NCBI GenBank assembly: GCA_037138655.1
Contig: JBAXHY010000002.1
Coordinates: 1 to 44,728, forward strand
Source of the DNA: a bacterium
GTDB lineage: Bacteria; Patescibacteriota; Saccharimonadia; Saccharimonadales; SZUA-47
DNA: 44,728 bases
Reading direction: 5' to 3'
Part shown: positions 1 through 8,029 of the stretch, in pieces
Layout: each line of letters begins with the position of its first letter
How positions within the stretch are numbered: position 1 is the stretch's first letter
Notes under the pieces: model-generated
Database searches by the model: none
What the model was told of the DNA's origin: nothing
What the model saw: the letters and a program-made list of their open reading frames with translations, nothing else
Translations under genes and position numbers: made by a program

Positions 1-86
1 TGGTGCAGAGTGTAGGATTCGAACCTACGAAGGCTAAAGCCGACAGATTTACAGTCTGTTGTGTTTGACCGCTTCACTAACTCTGC
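1..86 (-). tRNA. tRNA-Tyr (anticodon GTA), long variable arm, CCA encoded
   Basis: Reverse complement reads GCAGAGT...CAGACTGTAAATCTG...GGTTCGAATCC...ACTCTGCACCA. Acceptor stem pairs, anticodon loop is CTGTAAA, and there is a class II variable arm. Confidence 0.9.
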
Positions 87-101
87 ATAAAGATTCTTTA
101 A

Positions 102-176
102 TGGAGCCGAAGACAGGATTTGAACCTGCGACCCGCTGTTTACAAAACAGCCGCTCTACCACTGAGCTACTTCGGC
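102..176 (-). tRNA. tRNA-Thr (anticodon TGT), CCA encoded
   Basis: Reverse complement reads GCCGAAGTAGCTCAGTGGTAGAGC...GCTGTTTTGTAAACAGC...GGTTCAAATCC...CTTCGGCTCCA. Confidence 0.9.
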
Positions 177-278
177 GTGTATTATTTGAAAGTACAGAGT
201 AAATCTTATCAGAAAAATTAATTTTATACTAGTACTATGCGTGACTAATTGTTGTATTTCTGTTACGTTTATACAGTA

Positions 279-689
279 ATGAAACATATTTTTACAAAAC
301 ACTTCTTAAGACACTGGGTAAGCGTACCCTTTATTTGGTTTATGATACTGCCAGTTATTGTTTTGCATATAGGTATAGAGATTTATCAACAGATATGTTT
401 TAGACTATATGGCTTAGAATTAGTTAAAATTAACAATTATATAAGCGTCGATCGCAATAGACTGTCTTATTTAAGCCTATTAGACATCGTTAACTGCGGT
501 TATTGTACATATGTAAACGGCGTTTTTGCATACGCCAGCGAAATCGGGCACAAAACAGAATACTATTGGTGCGCAATTAAACACGCTAATCAACCTACAA
601 ATCCTGCCTTTGCTTACCAAGCTAAATACGCAGATTACGGCGACAAAGACAGCTTTGAACAAATAAGATCAAATAGAGGCAAAAAGTAG
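279..689 (+). CDS. Hypothetical membrane protein with Cys-containing C-terminal domain (NCGYC, YWC)
   Basis: ORF 249..689. The first ATG at 279 (MKHIF...) is preferred over the TTG at 249. One hydrophobic helix (VPFIWFMILPVIVLHIGI). No family recognised. Confidence 0.5.
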   Translation: MKHIFTKHFLRHWVSVPFIWFMILPVIVLHIGIEIYQQICFRLYGLELVKINNYISVDRNRLSYLSLLDIVNCGYCTYVNGVFAYASEIGHKTEYYWCAIKHANQPTNPAFAYQAKYADYGDKDSFEQIRSNRGKK

Positions 690-749
690 TCGAATCTATC
701 TTCAGTATCTGTTAATATAGTTTAGTACACGAATATTTAAAATATAAGT

Positions 750-824
750 GCCCTGATAGCTCAGTGGTAGAGCGTTTCCATGGTAAGGAAGAGGTCTCGA
801 GTTCAAGTCTCGATCAGGGCTCCA
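750..824 (+). tRNA. tRNA-Thr (anticodon GGT), CCA encoded
   Basis: GCCCTGATAGCTCAGTGGTAGAGC...TTTCCATGGTAAGGAAG...GAGTTCAAGTCTCGATCAGGGCTCCA. Confidence 0.9.
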
Positions 825-848
825 AAATCACAAAAAACTCGTATCTGT

Positions 849-877
849 TTGACCGATAAGGAAAAAACTGCTACAAT
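849..877 (+). promoter_or_regulatory. sigma70-type promoter of rpmG
   Basis: -35 TTGACC (849-854), 17-nt spacer containing TG (869-870), -10 TACAAT (872-877). Confidence 0.5.
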
Positions 878-900
878 TTACGAAAAGGTATTTTATTTTT

Positions 901-1107
901 ATGGCTAAAAAAGGCGACAAACGAAAAATTATTGGTATGGTAAGCTCCGAAAGTGGCAACCGTACTTATTACACGCGTAAAAACACGCAAAACACACCAG
1001 ATAAATTAAAGTTGCGTAAGTACGATCCAGTACTTCGTAAACACGTTATCTACGAAGAAACTAAGAAAAACTTAGGTAGAAACGAAGTTAAACCTCGTAA
1101 GGGTTAA
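901..1107 (+). CDS. rpmG: 50S ribosomal protein L33, Cys-less (C-) form with C-terminal tail
   Basis: ...[38 protein letters not shown] matches the L33 core. The usual CxxC pairs are replaced (SSES, DPVL). Confidence 0.85.
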   Translation: MAKKGDKRKIIGMVSSESGNRTYYTRKNTQNTPDKLKLRKYDPVLRKHVIYEETKKNLGRNEVKPRKG

Positions 1108-1112
1108 ACAGC

Positions 1113-1146
1113 AAAAAACACTCGCATCAAAGCGAGTGTTTTTTTA
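1113..1146. terminator. Bidirectional rho-independent terminator between convergent rpmG and GH15 gene
   Basis: Stem aacactcgc (1117-1125) / gcgagtgtt (1132-1140). A-run upstream and T-run downstream. Confidence 0.7.
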
Positions 1147-1148
1147 TT

Positions 1149-3077
1149 TTAAGAAGAAATATCTAATATACTATTAACAAGTTCGGCATGACTCCATACT
1201 AATGGCGACACTCCGGTATGTACACCAGTTTCTGGGTTAACTTGTTCAGACAACGTTCCGCTTTGACCAGCATGAGCTAAGCACCATTTAATCAAGTTTG
1301 ATGCGTCTTCGGTTTTATTAATTCTTATATAGTATTGTGCAAGCCAAAGCGTTGTAACAAACCACGGATTCCCTTTGTACGATGGGGTACTACTAAAATA
1401 ACTATCATTTTCGTATCTAGGTATTCCACCAGTTGGCGATGAATTTAATAATTTAACTTCTATAGTCTTTGCACCGTCGGTAATGCTTTTGTTGTCTTTA
1501 TAATAGTCAAACATAAAAGCCCCATACCAGCTAGACACATCTAGGGTGGTATCTAATTTTATGTCTTTGCTGTCGGTTATACTAAAGCCCTTATTCCACA
1601 TTTTGTTTTCTTTGTCGTAAAATACATCCTGGTTTTCGAATAAAAGTTCTGCCGATAAGTTCCAGTTAAGATGATCGTCATGTTGTCCAAATAATTTTGC
1701 AAAGCTACTTGCTACTAAAAGTGCTTTCCTTGTAATGGCTGTAGTGTATGTATGAGTCAGATATTTTTCTTCCCATAAGTCATACGAAGGGTGGGGAAGC
1801 CCAGTTTGTTTATCTATAAATTTACTCATAAAATCGGCGGCAGGTTTAATGAATGTTTTATATAACTTTTCTATAAATTCTTTGTCTTTAATGTAATCGT
1901 AATATTCGCCCAGCATAAATATAACTATAGCTGTCTCGTCTTCTTGAATAGCAAGTTCGCTGTGTCTACCGTGTAGTAAAGGGTGCCAAGTACTACCAAC
2001 AGCTTTGTCGGGCTGATATTTGTGCATCATGTAACCATCAGGATGCATTATTTCAGAACAAAATTCAAAAAAGCGTTTTGCTTCGGTTTTATAACCTAAT
2101 CTAATTAGTGGCCATAATACAAACGCTCCATCTCTTGGCCAAACGTAACTATAATAATCGCGACCATAATTATAAATAGACGAATCACAGCTTGCAATAA
2201 CACCGCCACGCTTGTCTATATGAGCTTTAATAATCAATAAAGATTTTGTAGTTGCTTCACTAAGTTCGTCAGATACTGATTTACGTGATAAATCAGACTT
2301 ACTTAACCACAAATTCCAACTTTTTCTTGTTTTATCTAATAAATCATTAAGGCCTGATTTCATTAGATCTTTATGTATTATTTCTGCATCTTGTTGAGTA
2401 CTAGATGCTACAACCCAATAATCTACCACGTCTTGTCCAAAAGGCTCAATATTAGTCGTAAAACCAATTACAGAATCTACTCCTGCATGCTCTACAGCAC
2501 AGCCAGACAGTTCGCCATCTTCGGCATCCCTAAATGTTCCTTCTTTGCCATCTATTCCATAGCTACCGACTGCAAATTGGTCAAATGCATCGCCGTTTGA
2601 TTTTCGGCCACCTATTAACAGACTAACGCTGCCTTTATAGTCCAATATGTATTTTTCGTCTGGCTGATATAGCGCCGTATCGGCTCTTCCTGCATGCGAA
2701 ATCTGAAATACTTGATGCATAAATAAGCGAATTTCTCTTTTTTTATCGCTATTGTTATGTATTGTCATTTGACGACAAAATACATCTTTATCTTTAGCAA
2801 CAAAATCATTAAAAACTAATTCTAGCGACAAACTATCTGAACGCATAGATATTTTACTAACCAACGCTTTTGATTCAAAATTAACTGTCCTACTCCAAAG
2901 CTCAGAATCAACCCAGCTAAATACTCCGTCAATCCAAACACCAATCATATGATTAAGAAGCCTAGAATTTGATAAATTTTCTAGTCCTACATAAGGGTAA
3001 TAAAAATCGTTAACAAATCCGTTGTCATTAAGGCCTACTGTAAGTGCGCCGTTGCCTAAAATCACTGGTCGTCCCAT
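1149..3077 (-). CDS. Glycoside hydrolase family 15 (glucoamylase/glucodextranase-like)
   Basis: 642 aa. Has the WPRDGAF motif and a C-terminal (alpha/alpha)6-type region (GIPRYENDSY, NPWFVTTLWLAQYY) typical of GH15. Confidence 0.85.
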   Translation of the reverse strand: MGRPVILGNGALTVGLNDNGFVNDFYYPYVGLENLSNSRLLNHMIGVWIDGVFSWVDSELWSRTVNFESKALVSKISMRSDSLSLELVFNDFVAKDKDVFCRQMTIHNNSDKKREIRLFMHQVFQISHAGRADTALYQPDEKYILDYKGSVSLLIGGRKSNGDAFDQFAVGSYGIDGKEGTFRDAEDGELSGCAVEHAGVDSVIGFTTNIEPFGQDVVDYWVVASSTQQDAEIIHKDLMKSGLNDLLDKTRKSWNLWLSKSDLSRKSVSDELSEATTKSLLIIKAHIDKRGGVIASCDSSIYNYGRDYYSYVWPRDGAFVLWPLIRLGYKTEAKRFFEFCSEIMHPDGYMMHKYQPDKAVGSTWHPLLHGRHSELAIQEDETAIVIFMLGEYYDYIKDKEFIEKLYKTFIKPAADFMSKFIDKQTGLPHPSYDLWEEKYLTHTYTTAITRKALLVASSFAKLFGQHDDHLNWNLSAELLFENQDVFYDKENKMWNKGFSITDSKDIKLDTTLDVSSWYGAFMFDYYKDNKSITDGAKTIEVKLLNSSPTGGIPRYENDSYFSSTPSYKGNPWFVTTLWLAQYYIRINKTEDASNLIKWCLAHAGQSGTLSEQVNPETGVHTGVSPLVWSHAELVNSILDISS

Positions 3078-3081
3078 TACA

Positions 3082-4302
3082 TTAAACCTCTATACCTTTT
3101 ACTGTTAATCGGTACTTAATGTCATGAAAAGTGTTCATAAAGTTCATATACGCCAAATAAGGCGATTCGTAAGGACTAAAGTATGCATGCACGTCGCCGT
3201 CACTCCACCATTTTGTACACATATAGTAAAAATGATCACTTGTCTGCAATTTGCGCCAATCGTCAATAATACTTAGGTCTTGTGATTCGTGAACCGCCGA
3301 TTCAAGAGAATACAACGCGTTAATAGATGATTGTTGCATTTTATTACCTAACCACGCCGTAAGATCTCGTTCTGTATCGGCCCAAGTAACTGTATTTGGC
3401 ATATCTAGCTCGTCTACGGCGTCAAAGGACGTAGCCGCTTCGGTAACTGTCATAAAGGTATGCTCGCTATTTTTAAGCCAAGCTTTAGGCAGGTCTTCTA
3501 AAAAGTCAAAAATGCCACTATCTTCCCATTGGTGTTCACCGAATGTTTCATAATCCATAAAAAGGTTTATGAGTGGTTGATCCCAAGATGAATTTGTCCA
3601 ATCCATAAACTTACTAGTAGTAAGAGGGTATTCTTGCCAAGACCTATTACTAAACCTAAACGCAATATCGTCGCTTAATTTATAGTTTTTGGTAAGTAAC
3701 TTAATATTATTTGTATAAGCTGGTTTATACACGTAATTAGGGCTTCTCCATCCAAGTACAGGATCCCAACCTTCACTTAAAACTACTTTGTAACCAGCTT
3801 GATCTGCCCAGTATCCTATGTCGTTATTGTAGCTAAGTTCGGTGTTTCTAAAAGCTGTAGGCGTTACACCAAAAAGTGATTCTATTTTGTCTTTATGCAT
3901 CTTAACTTGTGCCTCAAATTCTGATCTAGAATAAAAAAACGCTAAACTATGATGATAAGTTTCGGCAACAATTTCTACTCGTCCTGTATCTATAACTTTT
4001 TTAAAACTATCTAAAACTTCTGGTGCGTATTTTTCGAACTGTTCAATAACCGTGCCTGTAATAGACATAGACAATTTAAATTCGGGGTTGTCGTGCAACA
4101 TCTTTAATAATCGTTCGTTAGTAGGTATATAAGATTTTTTGGCAACCTTTTTTACAATGTCGCCGTTATTTGTTCTGTCGCCTTCGTGAGTGTCAAAATA
4201 ATCATGCTTATTACCAGCGTCAAATATAGTGTAGTGCCTAATACGAAAAGGCTGATGAACGTGCAAATACAAAACAATTGCTCGTTTTTTATCTACGCTC
4301 AT
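3082..4302 (-). CDS. Glycoside hydrolase family 57 (alpha-amylase-like)
   Basis: GH57 conserved regions are present: LHVHQPFR, GRVEIVAETY, LSEGW, MDYETFGEHQ. Confidence 0.8.
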   Translation of the reverse strand: MSVDKKRAIVLYLHVHQPFRIRHYTIFDAGNKHDYFDTHEGDRTNNGDIVKKVAKKSYIPTNERLLKMLHDNPEFKLSMSITGTVIEQFEKYAPEVLDSFKKVIDTGRVEIVAETYHHSLAFFYSRSEFEAQVKMHKDKIESLFGVTPTAFRNTELSYNNDIGYWADQAGYKVVLSEGWDPVLGWRSPNYVYKPAYTNNIKLLTKNYKLSDDIAFRFSNRSWQEYPLTTSKFMDWTNSSWDQPLINLFMDYETFGEHQWEDSGIFDFLEDLPKAWLKNSEHTFMTVTEAATSFDAVDELDMPNTVTWADTERDLTAWLGNKMQQSSINALYSLESAVHESQDLSIIDDWRKLQTSDHFYYMCTKWWSDGDVHAYFSPYESPYLAYMNFMNTFHDIKYRLTVKGIEV

Positions 4303-5507
4303 GCTCTGGCTCCTATAGCGTGCCTGTCATATAACGAAAGTAGTTTTTGAGCCGTATGATCCCATGACATTCTGCTAACTTCTGAATATCCGTCCAAAAC
4401 AAGCTGATCTTGCAATGCCTGGTTGTTTAAAACAGTAGTAATTTGATTTGCGATTTCGTTAATATCCCAGTAATCGATTTTTAAGGCAGATCTTAAAACC
4501 TCTGCAACGCCTGATTGTCTACTAACTAACGTTGCTACACCATAAGCTGCTGCTTCTAATGCTGTAAGCCCAAACGGTTCGCTAACTGACGGCATTACAA
4601 AAATATCCGACACTTCAAACATGTCGCGCCAAATCTTTCCACGCTGGAATCCCGCAAATATAACATTTGTTCCTAAACCAAGTTCTGCAGCTAGTTCTAG
4701 CAGTTCAAGTTCTTGTTCGCCTGATCCAACAAAAAGCAAAATTGTTTTAGGCCTTGCATCAACTACCAATTTCATAGCTTGGACAAGGTTATATAGTCCT
4801 TTTTGTACAGTTATTCTACCTACGTTCATAACTACCTTATAGCCCGATTCACGCATAACCCTTAAGTACTTAAAAGAATTTTCTCCTACAACAGAATCGT
4901 AAATATCTACATCAAAACTATTATGAATAACATCTATTTTGTCGGCAGGAATATTATACTGCTCTATAATTACGTCTTTTGTTAACTGAGACACTGCAAT
5001 TATTTTGTCAGCTAACATCATTCCTAAGTATTCGATTTCGGACACAAGCGAATTGCCGCTTTTTCCTCCAGACCTGTCATATTCTGTAGCATGTATTTGG
5101 ACTATTAGTGGTAAGCCCGTTATTTGTTTGGCTCTTATTCCGGCTCTAATCGTCAACCAATCATGAGCATGTATAACGTCATATTCTTCTGCCGTAGCTA
5201 TATTATCAATAGCTTTTTCATAAACCTTATGGTAATCAGCTAAACTTACATACTCGGTATTGCCATCTTTGTCTGTAAATTTAAAGCTTTCGTATGCCAT
5301 ACCTGCACTCATTACTTGTGTAGAATCAGCCGGTACAGCAGATGTAACTTTCATAAAATCAATATGGGAATGATCGGCAGTGTAGGGAACTATAAAATTG
5401 ATGTCAGCGCCTCGGCTAGCTAGCGCTTTACACATGTTAAAACATGCTACACCTAGACCGCCACTATTATAAGGAGGAAGTTCCCACCCTAACATCAAAA
5501 CTTTCAA
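4299..5507 (-). CDS. Glycogen/alpha-glucan synthase-like GT-B glycosyltransferase
   Basis: N-terminus KVLMLGWELPPYNSGGLGVAC, plus the C-terminal EPFGLTALEAAAYG motif. TTG start with AAGGGG SD 7 nt upstream. 4-nt overlap with the GH57 gene. Confidence 0.8.
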   Translation of the reverse strand: MKVLMLGWELPPYNSGGLGVACFNMCKALASRGADINFIVPYTADHSHIDFMKVTSAVPADSTQVMSAGMAYESFKFTDKDGNTEYVSLADYHKVYEKAIDNIATAEEYDVIHAHDWLTIRAGIRAKQITGLPLIVQIHATEYDRSGGKSGNSLVSEIEYLGMMLADKIIAVSQLTKDVIIEQYNIPADKIDVIHNSFDVDIYDSVVGENSFKYLRVMRESGYKVVMNVGRITVQKGLYNLVQAMKLVVDARPKTILLFVGSGEQELELLELAAELGLGTNVIFAGFQRGKIWRDMFEVSDIFVMPSVSEPFGLTALEAAAYGVATLVSRQSGVAEVLRSALKIDYWDINEIANQITTVLNNQALQDQLVLDGYSEVSRMSWDHTAQKLLSLYDRHAIGARA

Positions 5508-5621
5508 CGTTTTACCCCTTATTTTCTGTTGATTTAATTATAGTATTTTAATCAATAAAGCACAACCGTTATATATCTGTTAATTGTGAGCATAATCACT
5601 GTGGTAATTTTGACCTATTTC

Positions 5622-5630
5622 TGCTACAAT
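5622..5630 (+). promoter_or_regulatory. Extended -10 element upstream of typA
   Basis: TGcTACAAT, 26 nt upstream of the ATG. An AAGGA SD follows. Confidence 0.4.
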
Positions 5631-5656
5631 ATGTTTTAAAGGAATTTATTATAACT

Positions 5657-7477
5657 ATGGACCCACAAAAAATTAGAAACGTGGCAATTATTGCGCACGT
5701 CGACCACGGCAAAACAACACTAGTAGACGGACTTTTAAAGCAGTCTAATACTTTCAGAGACAACCAAGCAGAAATGTCTCAGGACTTAATTATGGACAGC
5801 GGCGCGCAAGAGCGTGAACGTGGCATTACAATTACCGCCAAAATTACTTCAGTTCAACACAATGATTACCGTATTAACATTATCGACACACCTGGACACG
5901 CTGACTTTAGTGGCGAAGTAGAACGCACACTAAACATGGCCGACGGTTGTTTGCTTATTGTAGACGCCCAAGAAGGCCCTATGCCTCAAACTAAGTTTGT
6001 TCTTAGTAAAGCTTTGGCATTAAACCTAAAACCGATTGTTGTTATTAACAAAATCGACAAACAGGCAAGACGAATCGACGAAGTCTTAAACGAACTAGAC
6101 GATTTGTTTTTAGAACTAGCAGTACACGAAGAACAACTTCATTACCCTGTATACTACGCAATCGGTCGCGAAGGTAAGTCTTGGGACTCTATGCCAACAG
6201 ATTTTGAAGCCGAAGCCGATCTAGAACCAATATTTAACGCAATCATGACACATATTCCTGCACCAGTTACCGAACTAGACAAGCCATTCCAAATGCTTAT
6301 TAACGCATTAGCCTGGGACACATTTAAGGGCAAATATGCTATTGGTCGTATTAGTCGTGGACAAGTTAAATCAGGCGACCAAGTAGTTCTTTGTAAAAAA
6401 GACGGAACAATGCTTAAAGCTAAAGTAGACAACGTATATATGAGTCGTGGAATTAGCAGATTCGAAGTAGGCGTTGGCGTAGCTGGTGATATCGTTCAAT
6501 TAACAGGTATATCAGATGTTCAAATCGGCGAAACTATTGCAGACGCAGTTTCTCCAGAAGCATTGCCAGTTATAGAAGTAGAAGCACCAACTTTACGTAT
6601 TTATCTAGGTCCAAACACTAGCCCATTCAAAGGTCTAGAAGGTGAATTTAGTACTAGTCGCCAAATCAAAGAACGTCTAGACAAAGAACTAGAAACAAAC
6701 GTAGGTTTACGTGTACAAGAAGACGGTATTGGATTTACTGTTAGTGGACGCGGCGAACTACATCTTAGCGTTCTAATAGAATACATGCGCCGTGAAGGTT
6801 ACGAATTTGAAGTAGGACGTCCTCAGGTTGTCACGCACGAAGAAAACGGCAAAACAATGGAACCTTTAGAAGAAGTTATCATCGAAGTACCAGCAGAACA
6901 TGTCGGTGCCGTACAAATGGAACTTGGTGCAAGACGTGCAACGTTAAAAGAACAGTTTTCTAGCAATAAAGGTGTTACAAAATTAGTATACGAAATGACT
7001 ACACGTACGCTTTTGGGTATGCGTAACGTTTTAATGACAAACACCAAAGGTACAATAATTATGAACACTCTACCTCTAGGTTTTACCGAACTAGGAAGTG
7101 GATTATCACAATTACGTAACGGTGTACTTATCGCCTTCGAAACAGGTGTTACTACTCCTTATGCGCTACAAAACGTCGAAGAACGTGGTGTCTGTTTTAT
7201 CGGGCCTGCAATTAAAGTATATGTTGGTCAAATTATTGGTCTAAACACTCGACAAGAAGACATGGAAATTAACGTCTGCAAGGCTAAGCACCTTACTAAC
7301 ATGCGTACTTCAAGCAGTGATGGTGTCGTTCAATTAACACCGCCTATTACTTTTAGCCTAGAACAATGCCTAGACTTTATCGAAAACGATGAACTACTAG
7401 AAGTAACTCCTAAGTCTTTAAGATTACGAAAAAAAGAACTAGACCCAAACAAGCGCAAGCGTTTGCCTAAAAACTAA
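5657..7477 (+). CDS. typA: Translational GTPase TypA/BipA
   Basis: [27 protein letters not shown] and NKID GTPase motifs. 606 aa, EF-G-like domain order. Confidence 0.95.
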   Translation: MDPQKIRNVAIIAHVDHGKTTLVDGLLKQSNTFRDNQAEMSQDLIMDSGAQERERGITITAKITSVQHNDYRINIIDTPGHADFSGEVERTLNMADGCLLIVDAQEGPMPQTKFVLSKALALNLKPIVVINKIDKQARRIDEVLNELDDLFLELAVHEEQLHYPVYYAIGREGKSWDSMPTDFEAEADLEPIFNAIMTHIPAPVTELDKPFQMLINALAWDTFKGKYAIGRISRGQVKSGDQVVLCKKDGTMLKAKVDNVYMSRGISRFEVGVGVAGDIVQLTGISDVQIGETIADAVSPEALPVIEVEAPTLRIYLGPNTSPFKGLEGEFSTSRQIKERLDKELETNVGLRVQEDGIGFTVSGRGELHLSVLIEYMRREGYEFEVGRPQVVTHEENGKTMEPLEEVIIEVPAEHVGAVQMELGARRATLKEQFSSNKGVTKLVYEMTTRTLLGMRNVLMTNTKGTIIMNTLPLGFTELGSGLSQLRNGVLIAFETGVTTPYALQNVEERGVCFIGPAIKVYVGQIIGLNTRQEDMEINVCKAKHLTNMRTSSSDGVVQLTPPITFSLEQCLDFIENDELLEVTPKSLRLRKKELDPNKRKRLPKN

Positions 7478-7577
7478 TTCAAACATTAATTTAAAACACG
7501 TTTTTAAATAGTAAAATTACTCAAGATACGGTATGATTTAATCTGTAATATATTTAATATTGCAGGTTAAATCACGT

Positions 7578-7654
7578 ATGAGTAAAGCTCAGCCGGGTTC
7601 AGTACCGGTCTCCAAAACAAAGTGGTCGCAGAATCGATTTCTGTCAGATCGAAC
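7578..7654 (+). pseudogene. Decayed tRNA-Trp copy (pseudo-tRNA)
   Basis: Aligns along its full length with the tRNA-Trp 23 nt downstream. Identical blocks are AGTACCGGTCTCCAAAAC, GGTCGCAG, TCGAT and CTGTCA. The acceptor and anticodon stems no longer pair. Confidence 0.6.
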
Positions 7655-7676
7655 ATTAACAACGAAGTCAATATAT

Positions 7677-7752
7677 AGGAGTGTAGCTCAGCTGGTAGAG
7701 TACCGGTCTCCAAAACCGATGGTCGCAGGTTCGATCCCTGTCACTCCTGCCA
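7677..7752 (+). tRNA. tRNA-Trp (anticodon CCA), CCA encoded
   Basis: AGGAGTGTAGCTCAGCTGGTAGAGTACCGGTCTCCAAAACCGATGGTCGCAGGTTCGATCCCTGTCACTCCTGCCA. Confidence 0.9.
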
Positions 7753-7761
7753 TATTAACAA

Positions 7762-7785
7762 CCCCAGCTTTAGCTGGGATTTTTA
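7762..7785 (+). terminator. Rho-independent terminator after tRNA-Trp
   Basis: cccagc-ttta-gctggg followed by atttttaat. Confidence 0.6.
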
Positions 7786-7848
7786 ATATGTTAGTTGTTA
7801 CAGGTTTCGGTTCTAGCGACCGCTGCAAGAATTGCAGCAAGGTCGCAG

Positions 7849-7922
7849 TTCGCTATTTGACCAAAAACAGGGAAGTTCACTTACCTGCATGTTTTGGTCA
7901 AATATACCTTAGTATCCCTGTC
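7849..7922 (+). repeat. 74-bp direct repeat, copy A (contains 12-bp-stem hairpin)
   Basis: 70/74 identical to 10572..10645. The internal inverted repeat atttgaccaaaa (7855-7866) / ttttggtcaaat (7892-7903) encloses a 25-nt loop. Confidence 0.85.
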
Positions 7923-7932
7923 ACTCCTGCCA
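7914..7932 (+). repeat. Perfect 19-nt duplicate of the tRNA-Trp 3' end (att-like)
   Basis: atccctgtcactcctgcca is identical to 7734..7752 inside tRNA-Trp. Confidence 0.9.
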
Positions 7933-7990
7933 AAATACTTATAAAAGACCTTTTCGACAAGTTCTTACTAAAAAGTAGATGTTTATATAC

Positions 7991-8019
7991 TTGTATTTAT
8001 TGTTAATATGTGTTACAAT
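7991..8019 (+). promoter_or_regulatory. sigma70-type promoter of the helicase gene
   Basis: -35 TTGTAT (7991-7996), 17-nt spacer ending in TGT, -10 TACAAT (8014-8019). The ATG at 8030 is 10 nt downstream. Confidence 0.5.
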
Positions 8020-8029
8020 ATTATTTATT

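Noticed and set aside
5610-5630. TTGACC located only 9 nt upstream of the -10 box at both typA (5610-5630) and dnaX (26051-26071)
   Set aside because: The spacing is incompatible with a sigma70 -35 element and there are only two instances. I treated it as coincidence, though a genome-wide motif search could revisit this.
7560-8006. 148-aa ORF on the + strand spanning the tRNA-Trp region
   Set aside because: It runs straight through the pseudo-tRNA, the intact tRNA-Trp, its terminator and the 74-bp repeat. Its translation has no recognisable domain. It is almost certainly a non-coding read-through frame.
7979-8029. 17-codon hydrophobic N-terminal extension of the helicase ORF (MFIYLYLLLICVTILFI)
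   Set aside because: The best promoter (TTGTAT-17-TACAAT, 7991-8019) lies inside this extension and there is no SD before 7979. ATG 8030 is the more plausible start.
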